Positions 35,886 through 46,560 are shown, numbered from the stretch's first letter. The stretch: DNA of 54,345 nt from Candidatus Parcubacteria bacterium (GCA_039799085.1 JBDLTL010000003.1:1-54345), one strand, 5' to 3'. Numbers and translations are program-made. The notes: a model not told the origin generated them from the sequence alone.

Positions 35886-38273
35886 ATGAACAAGGTGCTC
35901 CAACACATAACTCGTTACACTCCTTTCTTGGGTGGTGTGTTGGTGCTTCTTGTTATACTCATTCCACACTCCGCACACGCAGGAGGACTTGTTGACGGTG
36001 TAAAAGCTGTCTACGGCGCTGTAACAGATCCACTTCTTACCTTCCAGAAGATTCTCTTTTGGCTGGTAGTGTCTGTTGGCGGTATGTTGGTGTACACATC
36101 AGGCTTCTTGATGAATGCTACCATCAATCACTTCGTCATAGGCTTTGGAAGCACATTTCTCAATTCCGGTATTGGAGTAGCGGTAGACCAGACATGGGTC
36201 ATCATCCGTGATTTTGTCAATCTATTCTTCATCTTTGGTCTCGTGTATATCGGACTCAAGATGATTCTTGATAGCGACAATTCCAACACGAGACGCTGGC
36301 TTGGACACCTGGTTATTGCCGCTCTCTTGGTAAACTTCAGTCTCTTCATTACAAAAGTAGTTGTCGACTTCTCTAATCAGCTTTCTGCTGAGATTCTTGC
36401 TGGTGCTCAGATGGTAACCCCGACCGGAAAAGGAGGCACCTACGAATCAGACATAGCTGGAGCGCTCATGATGCACATGGGTATCACTTCCGTTTTCAAA
36501 GGGAGCCTCCCTGACGGAGCAGGGTTCGGCTACATCTTTGGCATGCTCATTCTCTTTATGGTGACAGCTTTTGTGTTTGCATCAGGAGCAATTCTCTTGA
36601 TGATCCGTTTTGCGGTACTCAATCTTTATCTGGTGCTTTCGCCAGTGATGTTTCTCGGGTGGGTAATTGCTCCCCTGGGTGACACCATGAGTCGCTACTG
36701 GAATGACTTTCTCAAGCGCTGCTTCTTTGCGCCAATCTACTTCCTCTTCATTTACTTTTCGTTCCAGATTATCGGTGGACTCCAAGTAGCAATTAAAACA
36801 ACAGGTGATGGAGCAAACGCCACCAACCTCGCCAACCCAAACTGGGCAGCAACCTTCAACGCTGATCCGTCGACACCTGTAGCTGACGCAACTACTGGGA
36901 CACTTCCGTTTTTCGTACTTATCTGTATCTTCATGTTCCTCTCGCTCGTAGCAGCTGACAAACTCGGAGCTGAGGGAGCAGGGAAGGCGGTAGCTATCGG
37001 AAAACGATGGGGTACCAAGACCGCCAAATGGACAGGAGCCCAAACTGGTGGACGACTTGCTCGACGCGCCAGCTACGAAGCTGGGAAGGCCGCAAATCGA
37101 GGTCTCCGAAGCTTGCAACAAATTGACCCTGCGGCCGGAAGTAACAAATTTACTCGAGCTCTCCGTACGGGGGCACAAAAAGCTGCGCGCAGTAACGCAG
37201 TACAAAGCACCGTCGGAGCCGGTACCGAAGCGATGCAGAAGACTAAGTTTGGTATGGCTCGAACCCGTAGTGAAGAAGCGAAGTTGCGTAACCAGACAGA
37301 GACAAATGCAAACAACGCTATGGATGTTACTAAAGGTCTACGTGCCAAGGAACTTCTTGATGCTGTTGAGTCAGGCAAGATTCGAGTCAACAATCACGGC
37401 ATCATTCAAGAGGAAGAACTCCACAACATGACTGACGAGCGCAAGGCCGAACTTGGTCTTACTGACCTCACAAGCTCAGACATAGCAACTAGAGATAAAG
37501 CTCGAGAAGAGCATCAGAAGCTTGTTGAAAAAATGCAACGCACTGCGGCCGACCTCAGCACTAAAGACTTTGAGGCTATGACTAGCGAACAGCAGATCGC
37601 TGTTGCGGAATTTCTCAGCGGCTCACAGACAGATGGCGTTATGAAGAGCGACAATATCTCCGACGCTCAGAAGGAGAAAATCTCAAACGCTCAAAAAGAA
37701 GCTGTTACTAAGCTAATCACTCAAAATGGAGAGATTCTTAGCGAGAAGCTATCTGACCTCAGTATTCGTCAGATTGAGATTCTTGGCGACCAGTTTGTTA
37801 CTGACAATGCCCATCTGTTCACAGATAGTCAATTTGGTGAAATTAAGAAAAGTAAGAAGTTTACTGAGGGACAAGTTGGTCGTTATATTGGAAATCGAAA
37901 GGCAAAACAAGAAGAACTTATTAGAACAAACCCGGATAGTATCTTCAGACTCGGAACAGGTACTGCTTCAAATATCACAACGAGACAAACGGAGACTGTA
38001 TACGGTAAATCTAGAAAAGTCGCTGATATTGCTAAAATGTCTGGCGCCGTTCTCGCTTCACCAAACGCAGTCCCATATCTTACTGTAGATGCACTAAAAG
38101 CAATTGCTAGTGGGGATAAGGAATTTGAACGCGTTTCTACACAGCAACGTGAAACTATCCTCAACAACCTTGAAGCACAACTACAGGCGCCTGGACCACT
38201 GAATCCAAATGTAGCAAAAGCACTTCACTACTTACACTCACCAAAAGGGCAAGAGGACTTCATAGGAAACTAA
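35886..38273 (+). CDS. VirB6/TrbL-like polytopic membrane protein with long cytoplasmic tail
   Basis: multi-TM N-terminal half (W.IIRDFVN, AALLVNFS, R...L..Y..LSP..F), helical C-terminal half; upstream of prgI/virB4. Confidence 0.7.
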   Translation: MNKVLQHITRYTPFLGGVLVLLVILIPHSAHAGGLVDGVKAVYGAVTDPLLTFQKILFWLVVSVGGMLVYTSGFLMNATINHFVIGFGSTFLNSGIGVAVDQTWVIIRDFVNLFFIFGLVYIGLKMILDSDNSNTRRWLGHLVIAALLVNFSLFITKVVVDFSNQLSAEILAGAQMVTPTGKGGTYESDIAGALMMHMGITSVFKGSLPDGAGFGYIFGMLILFMVTAFVFASGAILLMIRFAVLNLYLVLSPVMFLGWVIAPLGDTMSRYWNDFLKRCFFAPIYFLFIYFSFQIIGGLQVAIKTTGDGANATNLANPNWAATFNADPSTPVADATTGTLPFFVLICIFMFLSLVAADKLGAEGAGKAVAIGKRWGTKTAKWTGAQTGGRLARRASYEAGKAANRGLRSLQQIDPAAGSNKFTRALRTGAQKAARSNAVQSTVGAGTEAMQKTKFGMARTRSEEAKLRNQTETNANNAMDVTKGLRAKELLDAVESGKIRVNNHGIIQEEELHNMTDERKAELGLTDLTSSDIATRDKAREEHQKLVEKMQRTAADLSTKDFEAMTSEQQIAVAEFLSGSQTDGVMKSDNISDAQKEKISNAQKEAVTKLITQNGEILSEKLSDLSIRQIEILGDQFVTDNAHLFTDSQFGEIKKSKKFTEGQVGRYIGNRKAKQEELIRTNPDSIFRLGTGTASNITTRQTETVYGKSRKVADIAKMSGAVLASPNAVPYLTVDALKAIASGDKEFERVSTQQRETILNNLEAQLQAPGPLNPNVAKALHYLHSPKGQEDFIGN

Positions 38274-38274
38274 T

Positions 38275-38844
38275 ATGGAAATTACTAAGACACAAAGAGA
38301 ACAAGCGGAAGAACGAGCAAGTGAAGTACAACTTCGCTTGTATGCTGAACCTGAAGCAGGGGAGCAGCTTTGGAACATTGCTCGCAAGTTTAGTCTCACT
38401 GAGCGCAATACCTACTACACATTTTCTCAATTAGTTGGGGACGTTGTTCTCGGCTTCTATAAGCAATCCGACATTGATGCCCTTATAGCCAACAAGCTCC
38501 CGCAAGTTCAAGGAGCGCAGCGCATCTCACTTGAGGCCGATATAAAAATCTTTCTCTATCCGCTCACCGACCCTACATACGTGGCTCCAGGCGTTACCGC
38601 CCCAGAAGCCCCCTCAGTGCCGAGTGCTCCGCAGTCTACTGCAAGACCCGAGCTCTCGGCTGAGATTAAAGAAGCTGAGCGAGAACTTGAAGAAGTACAG
38701 AGCATTCGTACCATGGCAAGCGATATGAAAGAAGCACAACACATGCCAACATACACCTCAAGCCAAGACGACCTCATTAGACCATCGACTACTTCAGCAC
38801 CTCTATCAACTGGCCCAAGATGGGAAACTGACAGTCATTCATAA
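38275..38844 (+). CDS. hypothetical protein
   Basis: 189-aa ORF in the operon; VGDVVLG and IRTMASD motifs. Confidence 0.7.
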   Translation: MEITKTQREQAEERASEVQLRLYAEPEAGEQLWNIARKFSLTERNTYYTFSQLVGDVVLGFYKQSDIDALIANKLPQVQGAQRISLEADIKIFLYPLTDPTYVAPGVTAPEAPSVPSAPQSTARPELSAEIKEAERELEEVQSIRTMASDMKEAQHMPTYTSSQDDLIRPSTTSAPLSTGPRWETDSHS

Positions 38845-38878
38845 AAACACCCTACACCACCATGTATAATGGTGGTGT

Positions 38879-39292
38879 ATGCGTTTTGAGGTACCGCAAT
38901 TCATTGAGATTGAAGACAAGATCTTTGGACCACTCACCTGGCGACAGTTCCTCTACCTCGGCGGGGGACTTGGCGCTGCGGTGGTGATGTTTCTCGTACT
39001 TCCCTTTATCTTCTTTGTCATCTTTGGGATACCTCTTGCACTTCTTTCAGCAGCACTTTCATTCTATCCTGTGAACAGCCGGCCATTTTCTATATTTTTG
39101 GAAGCGCTAGTAAGCTATGCTACCAAGCAAAAACTCTACCTCTGGCGAAGAAAAGAAGAAGCTACCTACAAAGTCACTGAAGAAATGTCTGATGTCAATC
39201 AACACACACCTATCACACGCAGCAAGAAGACTAATGATATCGCCTCACTTTCAAGAAAACTAGAATTACAAGCTATTCAAAAACAACAGTAA
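38879..39292 (+). CDS. PrgI family (VirB3-like) protein
   Basis: VPQFIEIEDKIFGPLTWRQF and two TM helices. Confidence 0.9.
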   Translation: MRFEVPQFIEIEDKIFGPLTWRQFLYLGGGLGAAVVMFLVLPFIFFVIFGIPLALLSAALSFYPVNSRPFSIFLEALVSYATKQKLYLWRRKEEATYKVTEEMSDVNQHTPITRSKKTNDIASLSRKLELQAIQKQQ

Positions 39293-39294
39293 GT

Positions 39295-39927
39295 ATGCCA
39301 AATCCCCAAGCACGTACCCAAGACTTTGTTTCGGTGAAAGATATTAAAGACAATGTCGTCATTCAAAAAAACGGTCAGTTGGTGATGGTCCTCCTAGCTT
39401 CGTCTATCAACTTTGCACTCAAGTCATTCGACGAGCAACAGGCAATTTTGCAGCAATTTCAGTCATTCCTGAATACACTGGATTTTTCACTTCAGATCCA
39501 CATGCAATCACGAAAGCTGAACATCGAACCCTACCTCGATGTACTTGCTGGACTCGAGGACAAGCAGGACAATGACCTCATGCGAATTCAACTTAAAGAG
39601 TACATCGCTTTCATTCGCTCATTTACCGTCGATGTTGAAGTGATGAGTAAAAGCTTCTTCGTCGTTGTGCCGTATACTCCTGGCGTATCCATCGGCAAAG
39701 GGATCAGCTTCCTCCCTGGGAAGCGAGGGGGAAACACTCTCAGCGAGAACAGTTTTGAAGAACACCGCAACCAGCTTGAGCAACGTGCAGCTCTTGTTTC
39801 AGAAGGACTTGCTCGCATTGGTGTCCGTACCATTGTCCTTGGTAAAGATGAACTTGTAGAGCTGTTTTATCACATATACAACCCTGGAGATCCAACCGGT
39901 GCAGCTCCATTAGCAGAAACTAATTAA
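39295..39927 (+). CDS. VirB4 N-terminal-like / TraC-associated protein
   Basis: SSINFALKS..EQ.AI...FQ.FLN.L.F..QI motif; between prgI and virB4. Confidence 0.75.
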   Translation: MPNPQARTQDFVSVKDIKDNVVIQKNGQLVMVLLASSINFALKSFDEQQAILQQFQSFLNTLDFSLQIHMQSRKLNIEPYLDVLAGLEDKQDNDLMRIQLKEYIAFIRSFTVDVEVMSKSFFVVVPYTPGVSIGKGISFLPGKRGGNTLSENSFEEHRNQLEQRAALVSEGLARIGVRTIVLGKDELVELFYHIYNPGDPTGAAPLAETN

Positions 39928-39932
39928 TACGT

Positions 39933-41729
39933 ATGGGAATCTTTGATGCACTTCAACCAAAAAAGAGAGAGGATTCTAATATCTCTTTCGGGGACCAACT
40001 CCTGACTCTCACTGATGTTGTCGCTCCTTCAGCAATCAGTATTACTCCACGAGCAATCAATGTTTCTGGCGTCAACGCTCGTGTCTACTACGCGGTTTCA
40101 TACCCTCGTTTTCTCAATGAAGGCTGGTTGGAACCAGTACTCAACCTCGCGCGGGAGGTTGATATATCTATTTTTATTCATCCTATTGACACTGCCGAGA
40201 CACTTAAGAAGTTTCAAAAAAAGGTAGCTGAGGTGCAGAGCCAAATTAACATGAAAGAAGAGCGAGGAGAGGTGCGTGACCCTCAACTCGAAGCAGCGTA
40301 TCAAAATCTTGAAGATCTCCGCGACAAACTTCAGCAGTCAGAAGAGAAGCTCTTTAATGTCGGATTTTACCTTGCAATCTACGGCAATGACGAGACTGTT
40401 ATAAATAAGGCCGAAAACGACATTCGAGGAATCCTTGATGCTCGACTTATTACTATGAAGCCAGCGCTCTTCCAACAGGAACAGGGCTTTAAGAGTGTCA
40501 TTCCACTTTCAAACGATGAGCTTCTCGTACACAGCAAATTCAATTCTTCACCACTCTCAAGCTTCTTCCCATTTACTTCATTCGACCTCACCTCAGACTC
40601 GGGAATTCTCTATGGTATCAATCGTCACAACTCTTCTCTCGTTCTCTTCGACAGATACAGCCTCACCAACTACAACTCAGTGACTTTTGCTACTTCCGGA
40701 GCAGGGAAGTCATACGGACTCAAGCTCGAGATTCTTCGCTCACTTATGTTCGGGGCGGAAGTTATCGTACTCGACCCAGAACGTGAATATGAATATCTCG
40801 CTGAAGCAACCGGTGGCCGATTCTTTAATATCTCACTTTCATCTGACCACCACATCAATCCTTTTGACCTACCAGCACCACAGGCTGACGAAGATCCACG
40901 TGACGTCCTTCGCACACACGTCATTGAGCTTGTCGGACTCTTTAGACTTATGCTCGGCGGCCTCGCTCCTGAAGAAGAAACTCTCATCGATCTCGCCATC
41001 CAAGAGACCTACGCCCTTAAAGACATCACTGGTGACACCAATTTCGGCGAGCAAGAACCCCCATTACTCTCAGATTTTGAAATGGTACTCGCGGGCATGG
41101 ACGGTAGCCAATCCCTCCTTAATCGCCTCCAAAAATATACCTCTGGCACCTGGTCGGGCTTTATGAATAAGCCTACCAACGTCGACGTCAACCAGAAGTT
41201 TGTTGTCTTCTCACTCCGTGATATGGAAGATGAACTTAAAACCATCGCGATGTATATCATCACCAACTTCATCTGGAGCTCAGTCCGCCGTCGACTCGCA
41301 AAGCGACTCCTTGTTATCGATGAAGCTTGGTGGATGATGAAATCAGAAGATACCGCATCATTCCTCTTTTCTCTCGCAAAGCGAGGACGTAAGTACTACC
41401 TTGGTATCGCCACCATTACACAAGACGTGGATGACTTCCTTCGCTCCCCGTATGGTGTCCCAATGATTACCAACTCTTCAATCCAGCTTCTCATGAAGCA
41501 ATCACCAACTGCTATTGATAATATTCAACGAACCTTCAACCTCACCGACGAAGAAAAATTCCTGCTGCTCGAATCAAACGTGGGGGAGGGGATATTCTTT
41601 GTGGGACTCAAGCATGTCGCTATCAAGATTATTGCTTCGTACACCGAAGACCAAATCATCACCTCAGACCCATCTCAACTTCTCCAAATCCGACAAGCGA
41701 GAGCTGAACTCCAATCAAGCCGAGTGTAG
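39933..41729 (+). CDS. virB4: VirB4-like type IV secretion ATPase
   Basis: Walker A ATSGAGKS, DPEREY, INPFD, Walker B VIDEAW, KRGRKY, ITQD. Confidence 0.88.
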   Translation: MGIFDALQPKKREDSNISFGDQLLTLTDVVAPSAISITPRAINVSGVNARVYYAVSYPRFLNEGWLEPVLNLAREVDISIFIHPIDTAETLKKFQKKVAEVQSQINMKEERGEVRDPQLEAAYQNLEDLRDKLQQSEEKLFNVGFYLAIYGNDETVINKAENDIRGILDARLITMKPALFQQEQGFKSVIPLSNDELLVHSKFNSSPLSSFFPFTSFDLTSDSGILYGINRHNSSLVLFDRYSLTNYNSVTFATSGAGKSYGLKLEILRSLMFGAEVIVLDPEREYEYLAEATGGRFFNISLSSDHHINPFDLPAPQADEDPRDVLRTHVIELVGLFRLMLGGLAPEEETLIDLAIQETYALKDITGDTNFGEQEPPLLSDFEMVLAGMDGSQSLLNRLQKYTSGTWSGFMNKPTNVDVNQKFVVFSLRDMEDELKTIAMYIITNFIWSSVRRRLAKRLLVIDEAWWMMKSEDTASFLFSLAKRGRKYYLGIATITQDVDDFLRSPYGVPMITNSSIQLLMKQSPTAIDNIQRTFNLTDEEKFLLLESNVGEGIFFVGLKHVAIKIIASYTEDQIITSDPSQLLQIRQARAELQSSRV

Positions 41730-41741
41730 TACAATGTCCGT

Positions 41742-42527
41742 ATGCCCGAAGGAGGGAACCAGAACATACGAAATATCACAAAACAAAACGACACACTTCG
41801 TCCACGCGATGCTGCTGTTCGTGACGATAAAGCACGCCCCGGTCTTTCAAATCGTCGTATTATTGTAGATACAAAACCTGTACCGTATGAATCTGAAATA
41901 GCAGTCAACACTCCAACAAATGAACGGTATGCTCAGGAGGCATACCAAGAAAATCTCCTCAGTTCTCAGACTCGAAATGTTCAGACAATGCAAAGGAAAC
42001 GGGCCGAGAACGAAGAGTCTGAGAAAAGACGAAGCGCACCAAGTCGGTCAAAAAGCATAGAGTCTGTACTCAGAAGTAAGCCTGGCATCAAAAAGGCTGT
42101 TTCAGATATCCGAAAGATTATCGATGATGAGAACGAGGTGATTCTTGTAAGTAAACCTCCGAAAATGCCCAGTTTTCCAATCCTTATCGTGCTGATGGCA
42201 ATTTTTAAAGATGTTATAGATTTTTTAAATCTTACGATTATAGCTGCACCCATACCCATCATTGCTAGTTTTATTGTAGGAATGGTGCTTTTCTTTTGGG
42301 TGCTTGGAAAGGCGAGTGGGGGATGGTGGAAGAAGAAACTTATCAAGTGGCTCTGGAAACGCTATGTTATAGCTCTTGTTGTTGAACTCATTCCGCTTGT
42401 GAATATAGTTCCAACCACCACCATCTTCATCCTTCTCGCTCATTACCGAGAGAAAAAGATAGTCAAAGCAATAAACCTCGCCTTAGAGCAGCTAAGAAAA
42501 GCTGGTTTTGCCGAAATTAGAGAGTAG
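41742..42527 (+). CDS. hypothetical membrane protein
   Basis: hydrophilic N-terminus, C-terminal TM helices with ELIP...IVP motif. Confidence 0.72.
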   Translation: MPEGGNQNIRNITKQNDTLRPRDAAVRDDKARPGLSNRRIIVDTKPVPYESEIAVNTPTNERYAQEAYQENLLSSQTRNVQTMQRKRAENEESEKRRSAPSRSKSIESVLRSKPGIKKAVSDIRKIIDDENEVILVSKPPKMPSFPILIVLMAIFKDVIDFLNLTIIAAPIPIIASFIVGMVLFFWVLGKASGGWWKKKLIKWLWKRYVIALVVELIPLVNIVPTTTIFILLAHYREKKIVKAINLALEQLRKAGFAEIRE

Positions 42528-42585
42528 TCTACATATTGCTGAAGAAAAGAAGAAAAAGGTTCTTTTTGTCTGCTATCATAGAGCT

Positions 42586-43548
42586 ATGAGGTATCTGTAT
42601 ATTGCTTTTTTCCTCCTTGCCAGCCCGCTGTTTTCCTATGCGCAATTTTCTGCTGACGGAATGCTCGGCACAAACCTCTCCATCCAGAGCATGCCCGAGT
42701 ACCCATCTCCTGGAGAAGCGTTTGAACTTTCAATAGATGACTACGGCGGGGGAGCGTACGGAGCTGAAATACTCTGGTACAGAAATGACACCCTCATCCC
42801 CAATACGGCAAATGCTCGGAAAATTACCTTGACGGCTGGAGATGTGGGTGTAAAGGAAGTAATAAGCGTCGTCTTTAAAAAATCAAACGGCGTGACGAAC
42901 ACTCTGAAGAAGGAATTTACTCCAATGTTCCTTGATATCATTGTTGAACCGCAGACACACGTCCCTGGTTTCTATCAAGGCCGAGCTCTTGCCAGCGTCG
43001 GCAGCACCGTGAACCTCACCGCACTTCTCAGTGATGGAGAGACACTGATTAAGCGCGACCTCGTATACCTATGGAAATACAACCTCACTGTAATTGAAGG
43101 CGGTCCACTCAGAAACAGGAACGAGGTCTCTTTCAAAATGCCTCAAGATAGCTACACGGTAGTTTCTGTGCAAGTATCAACCCCAAGCGGAGAAATCTTA
43201 GCAAAGGAATCTACCATTATTCCATTAGCAACTCCTGAAGTTCACTTCTATGAAGTGAACGCTCTTTACGGGGTTGAGCTAAAAACAATCACTGGCGACT
43301 TTAACATGATTGCAGACAGCGCAACCATTGTTGCAGAACCTTACTTCATCGATTCAAACACTTTTAATTATCCAGATATTTTGGAATGGAAGATAAACAA
43401 CAGCGCAGCAAGAAGCAACAGTAGCAACCCTTATATAATCACCCTACAAAAGACAGGCGACCCTGGAGCAGCAACGCTTGATTTCCATGTTCGAAATACT
43501 GACATCCTCCTTCAGGGCGCAAAAAATCAAATAAAGATCAACATCTAA
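42586..43548 (+). CDS. exported beta-rich (Ig-like repeat) protein
   Basis: signal peptide; about three repeated beta-sandwich-like units with W..N motifs; start moved to MRYLY. Confidence 0.7.
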   Translation: MRYLYIAFFLLASPLFSYAQFSADGMLGTNLSIQSMPEYPSPGEAFELSIDDYGGGAYGAEILWYRNDTLIPNTANARKITLTAGDVGVKEVISVVFKKSNGVTNTLKKEFTPMFLDIIVEPQTHVPGFYQGRALASVGSTVNLTALLSDGETLIKRDLVYLWKYNLTVIEGGPLRNRNEVSFKMPQDSYTVVSVQVSTPSGEILAKESTIIPLATPEVHFYEVNALYGVELKTITGDFNMIADSATIVAEPYFIDSNTFNYPDILEWKINNSAARSNSSNPYIITLQKTGDPGAATLDFHVRNTDILLQGAKNQIKINI

Positions 43549-43551
43549 TTT

Positions 43552-44727
43552 ATGAAACGCTGGCTATTCATCATTGGCATACTTATCATCTTGATTCTTG
43601 CAGGAGCTTGGATTTTTCTCCTCTTAGCTAGCGACGAAACCAAACGTGACATCTACAACACGTTTGGTTTTACGGGCGAGACGGAAGATGGTGTTGTTGA
43701 AAATATAATCGACACTTTACTTCCTGGACTCCCTCCAGAACGTGTACCCCTTCGCCAACTAACCACCAGAAGGGTAGCAGGGTATACAGAAGTCCAAAAA
43801 GCGAGCTCAACACCAGAGATGTACTTCGTTGAAGCAGGAACAGGATATGTCTATACTCTAAATCTACAAGACGGAAGCGAACGGCGACTTTCAAACATCA
43901 CTATTGTTGGGGCCAGGGAAGCCAGAATAACAAAGGATGGAAAATATGCGATTGTTAAGTCGGGAGACTTAGAAACAGGAGTCGCCACTATTGTAAAATT
44001 GTCTGAGCAAGAGGTCCAGTCCAGCGATCTTTTTGACACTGTCATTGATTTTACTATCACTGATGAAAACATTCTTTTGTACACAACGTACGTGGGAAAT
44101 GATGTTACGGCACGTTCCTATGACCCTGAAAGCAAAGCTACAAAAACGCTCTTCACCGTGCCATTTAACGCAGCAACTATTTTGTGGGGGGAGGGAATTG
44201 ATACAGCTCACTATGCATATCCAAAGACAACTCGAGAGCTCACTGGCCACCTGTATAAATTTGAAGATAACACAATTCAAAGAGTCGCAATAACTGGATA
44301 TGGTCTTTCTGTCATGAAAGCCGAGGATTCACTCTTATTTAGCAAGATTAACGATGGGCGATATAAAAGTTTCACTCTACAAACTGACAGTAACGAACAA
44401 AAAGATATGCTCATCTCATTCTTTCCTGAGAAGTGTGCACCATCTAAAGAAAACTCCTTTGTTTACTGTGCAAACAGTACAGAACTTGAAGACGGAAGTT
44501 TTCCTGACGCTTGGTACCGTGGAGCAGTATCTTATTCCGACAATATTTGGCGATTTGATACAAGAACAAGCGACGCTACGTTCGTATACGATACATTCTC
44601 TGCTGCGCAACGTGAAATCGATGTTATCTCTCCATTTATGAGCGACAATACCATGAGTTTCTATTTCAAAAATAAAAATGACCAAACTCTTTGGGTATAT
44701 GATCTTACCTTTACTGATAACAACTAG
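43552..44727 (+). CDS. membrane-anchored beta-propeller-like protein
   Basis: N-terminal TM; E..TG.VY, PEKC, VYCA, PD.WY.G..S..D.IW motifs. Confidence 0.7.
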   Translation: MKRWLFIIGILIILILAGAWIFLLLASDETKRDIYNTFGFTGETEDGVVENIIDTLLPGLPPERVPLRQLTTRRVAGYTEVQKASSTPEMYFVEAGTGYVYTLNLQDGSERRLSNITIVGAREARITKDGKYAIVKSGDLETGVATIVKLSEQEVQSSDLFDTVIDFTITDENILLYTTYVGNDVTARSYDPESKATKTLFTVPFNAATILWGEGIDTAHYAYPKTTRELTGHLYKFEDNTIQRVAITGYGLSVMKAEDSLLFSKINDGRYKSFTLQTDSNEQKDMLISFFPEKCAPSKENSFVYCANSTELEDGSFPDAWYRGAVSYSDNIWRFDTRTSDATFVYDTFSAAQREIDVISPFMSDNTMSFYFKNKNDQTLWVYDLTFTDNN

Positions 44728-44730
44728 CGC

Positions 44731-45825
44731 ATGAGAACTCTACTATTCACAATATTTTTAACAATCGGCACACCTCTGTTTGCATTTGCTGCCCAAAAAT
44801 ACACGCCACTTGTAAACATTCCAGGAGTTACAGACTCAGCAGGGGGGACCTCCTTTGAGGACTACGTCAATTTCTTATACGCCGCTTCTATCGCTATCGC
44901 GGCCTTACTGGCGGTCATAAAAATGATTATTGCGGGAGTAAAGTACATGATGACTGATATTGTCACAAGTAAGAGCGATGCAATAGGTGATATTAAAGGA
45001 GCCCTCATTGGACTACTTATAATTTTAGGGGCTTTCATCGTACTTGAAACAATCAATCCTTACCTCACAAAGGGAAATATAGAATTCCAAAAACTGCCAG
45101 AGCGACCGAAGATATTTACACGACCTTCAGTTGCGTCAATAGACAGACTTAGTTCTGAGGATTCTTGTGCTGCAGAAACAAAATCAGACACGACGAGAGA
45201 TCGAATCTTTACCATCAACACAAGTAACTGTCAGCCAGCTGACGATCCTGCGCGAGTTATTAGTGGTTTTAGAGAAAAGTGCACTGAGTTAAAGGGTACA
45301 GTAACTGAAGTTGAAGGCTCTGGAGGTAAAGGATTCCAATGTAAGGCAGCTCTTTTCGCAGAAACATTTAAAGCAAGCGAATACGGCGACGGCGGACTAA
45401 ACGGAGTTAACTTAGACGATGCTTATGTTCATTACCAAGGAAACCTTGCCACCTACGACGCAGAAGGTTTTTGTAAGAAAAAATACCCAACAACAAGCCT
45501 TAGTGACTGTCTAAATGATGTTGAAGATGCTTTCATAAATGATGACGACTTCTGGAGTGCAGGGGCAGGTAATGCGTATTGTGAAAACAACGCTGGAAAA
45601 GCTGAAGGTAGATTTGGCTGTAAATTACCGCTCAGGACACTTACTTATGATGAGGCAGAAGCAATGTACAGACGTGAAAACCCTGGAGCAGGAGACGATT
45701 ATGACATTGATAGTGATGACTATGAGCTTATGTGTGGTAAGTGGTCGAATAATACAGCTGAATTTATAGACACACACAAAAGCGGTGACGCTGCGGGAAG
45801 TGACTATATGTGTGTTACCTACTAA
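44731..45825 (+). CDS. TrbC/VirB2-like pilin domain fused to Cys-rich C-terminal region
   Basis: signal, then AALLAV..MIIAG.KYM...I.GALIGLLIILG...VL.TINP pilin-like hairpin; 10 Cys downstream. Confidence 0.75.
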   Translation: MRTLLFTIFLTIGTPLFAFAAQKYTPLVNIPGVTDSAGGTSFEDYVNFLYAASIAIAALLAVIKMIIAGVKYMMTDIVTSKSDAIGDIKGALIGLLIILGAFIVLETINPYLTKGNIEFQKLPERPKIFTRPSVASIDRLSSEDSCAAETKSDTTRDRIFTINTSNCQPADDPARVISGFREKCTELKGTVTEVEGSGGKGFQCKAALFAETFKASEYGDGGLNGVNLDDAYVHYQGNLATYDAEGFCKKKYPTTSLSDCLNDVEDAFINDDDFWSAGAGNAYCENNAGKAEGRFGCKLPLRTLTYDEAEAMYRRENPGAGDDYDIDSDDYELMCGKWSNNTAEFIDTHKSGDAAGSDYMCVTY

Positions 45826-46550
45826 CGATGCTTCCTTACGTAGAATTCTTGCGCGATAGCAACAAGATTTGAGACGAAGAAGTAGAGTGCGATTGCGGCT
45901 GAAATCGTGTACGCGATGAAGACAATAAGGATCGGCATGACGTACTTCATTTGTACGTGCATATTGCGTGTGAAGTCTTCTTTAAAATTAGGCGCAGCGT
46001 CAGCTTCTCGAGGCGGAAGCTTTGGCAATGTCATACTGGTAAAGATGTACTGCGTTACACCCGCCGCAAATGCGAGAAGGATACTTCGACTCGCAATATC
46101 AAACATGCCAAGAAAGTTCATTGAGACAGTCACTGGCTCAGGGATGAATGAGTAGAGGAGGGAAGTGTTAATAGCTGGAAGTGCAATGCCACCACCATTT
46201 GATACCGCAAAGTACAGCGCAATGACAATCGGAATTTGAAGGAAGATGAGGAGAATGCTCGCAAATGGGTTGAGATTGGCTTCTTTGTAGATAGCCATCA
46301 TGGCGCGGGCCTGTTCCTCACGATTATCTTTGTGCGTCTCTTTAATCTCCTTTAGCTTTGGCTCAATCTCACGCATGATTTTCTGCGTTTTCGCAGCCTT
46401 AATAGAAAGAGGAAGAAGCACCATCTTTACCACAACAACTGTCGCGATAATAGCGAGACCTACATCGCCACCACGGACCACATCGACAAAAAAGACGAGA
46501 GTATTGTAAATCGGGTCAAAAAAGATGGTGTGCCAAATATATGAAAACAT
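45822..46550 (-). CDS. yidC: membrane protein insertase YidC
   Basis: GLAII..T, P.LKEI, NPF, QIP, ALYF..SN; canonical position after rnpA. Confidence 0.94.
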   Translation of the reverse strand: MFSYIWHTIFFDPIYNTLVFFVDVVRGGDVGLAIIATVVVVKMVLLPLSIKAAKTQKIMREIEPKLKEIKETHKDNREEQARAMMAIYKEANLNPFASILLIFLQIPIVIALYFAVSNGGGIALPAINTSLLYSFIPEPVTVSMNFLGMFDIASRSILLAFAAGVTQYIFTSMTLPKLPPREADAAPNFKEDFTRNMHVQMKYVMPILIVFIAYTISAAIALYFFVSNLVAIAQEFYVRKHR

Positions 46551-46560
46551 AAACGCTATT

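Noticed and set aside
33550-45825. Self-transmissible conjugative element
   Set aside because: No relaxase, VirD4, oriT-like site, integrase or boundary repeats are seen, and the locus is embedded between rsmA and yidC.
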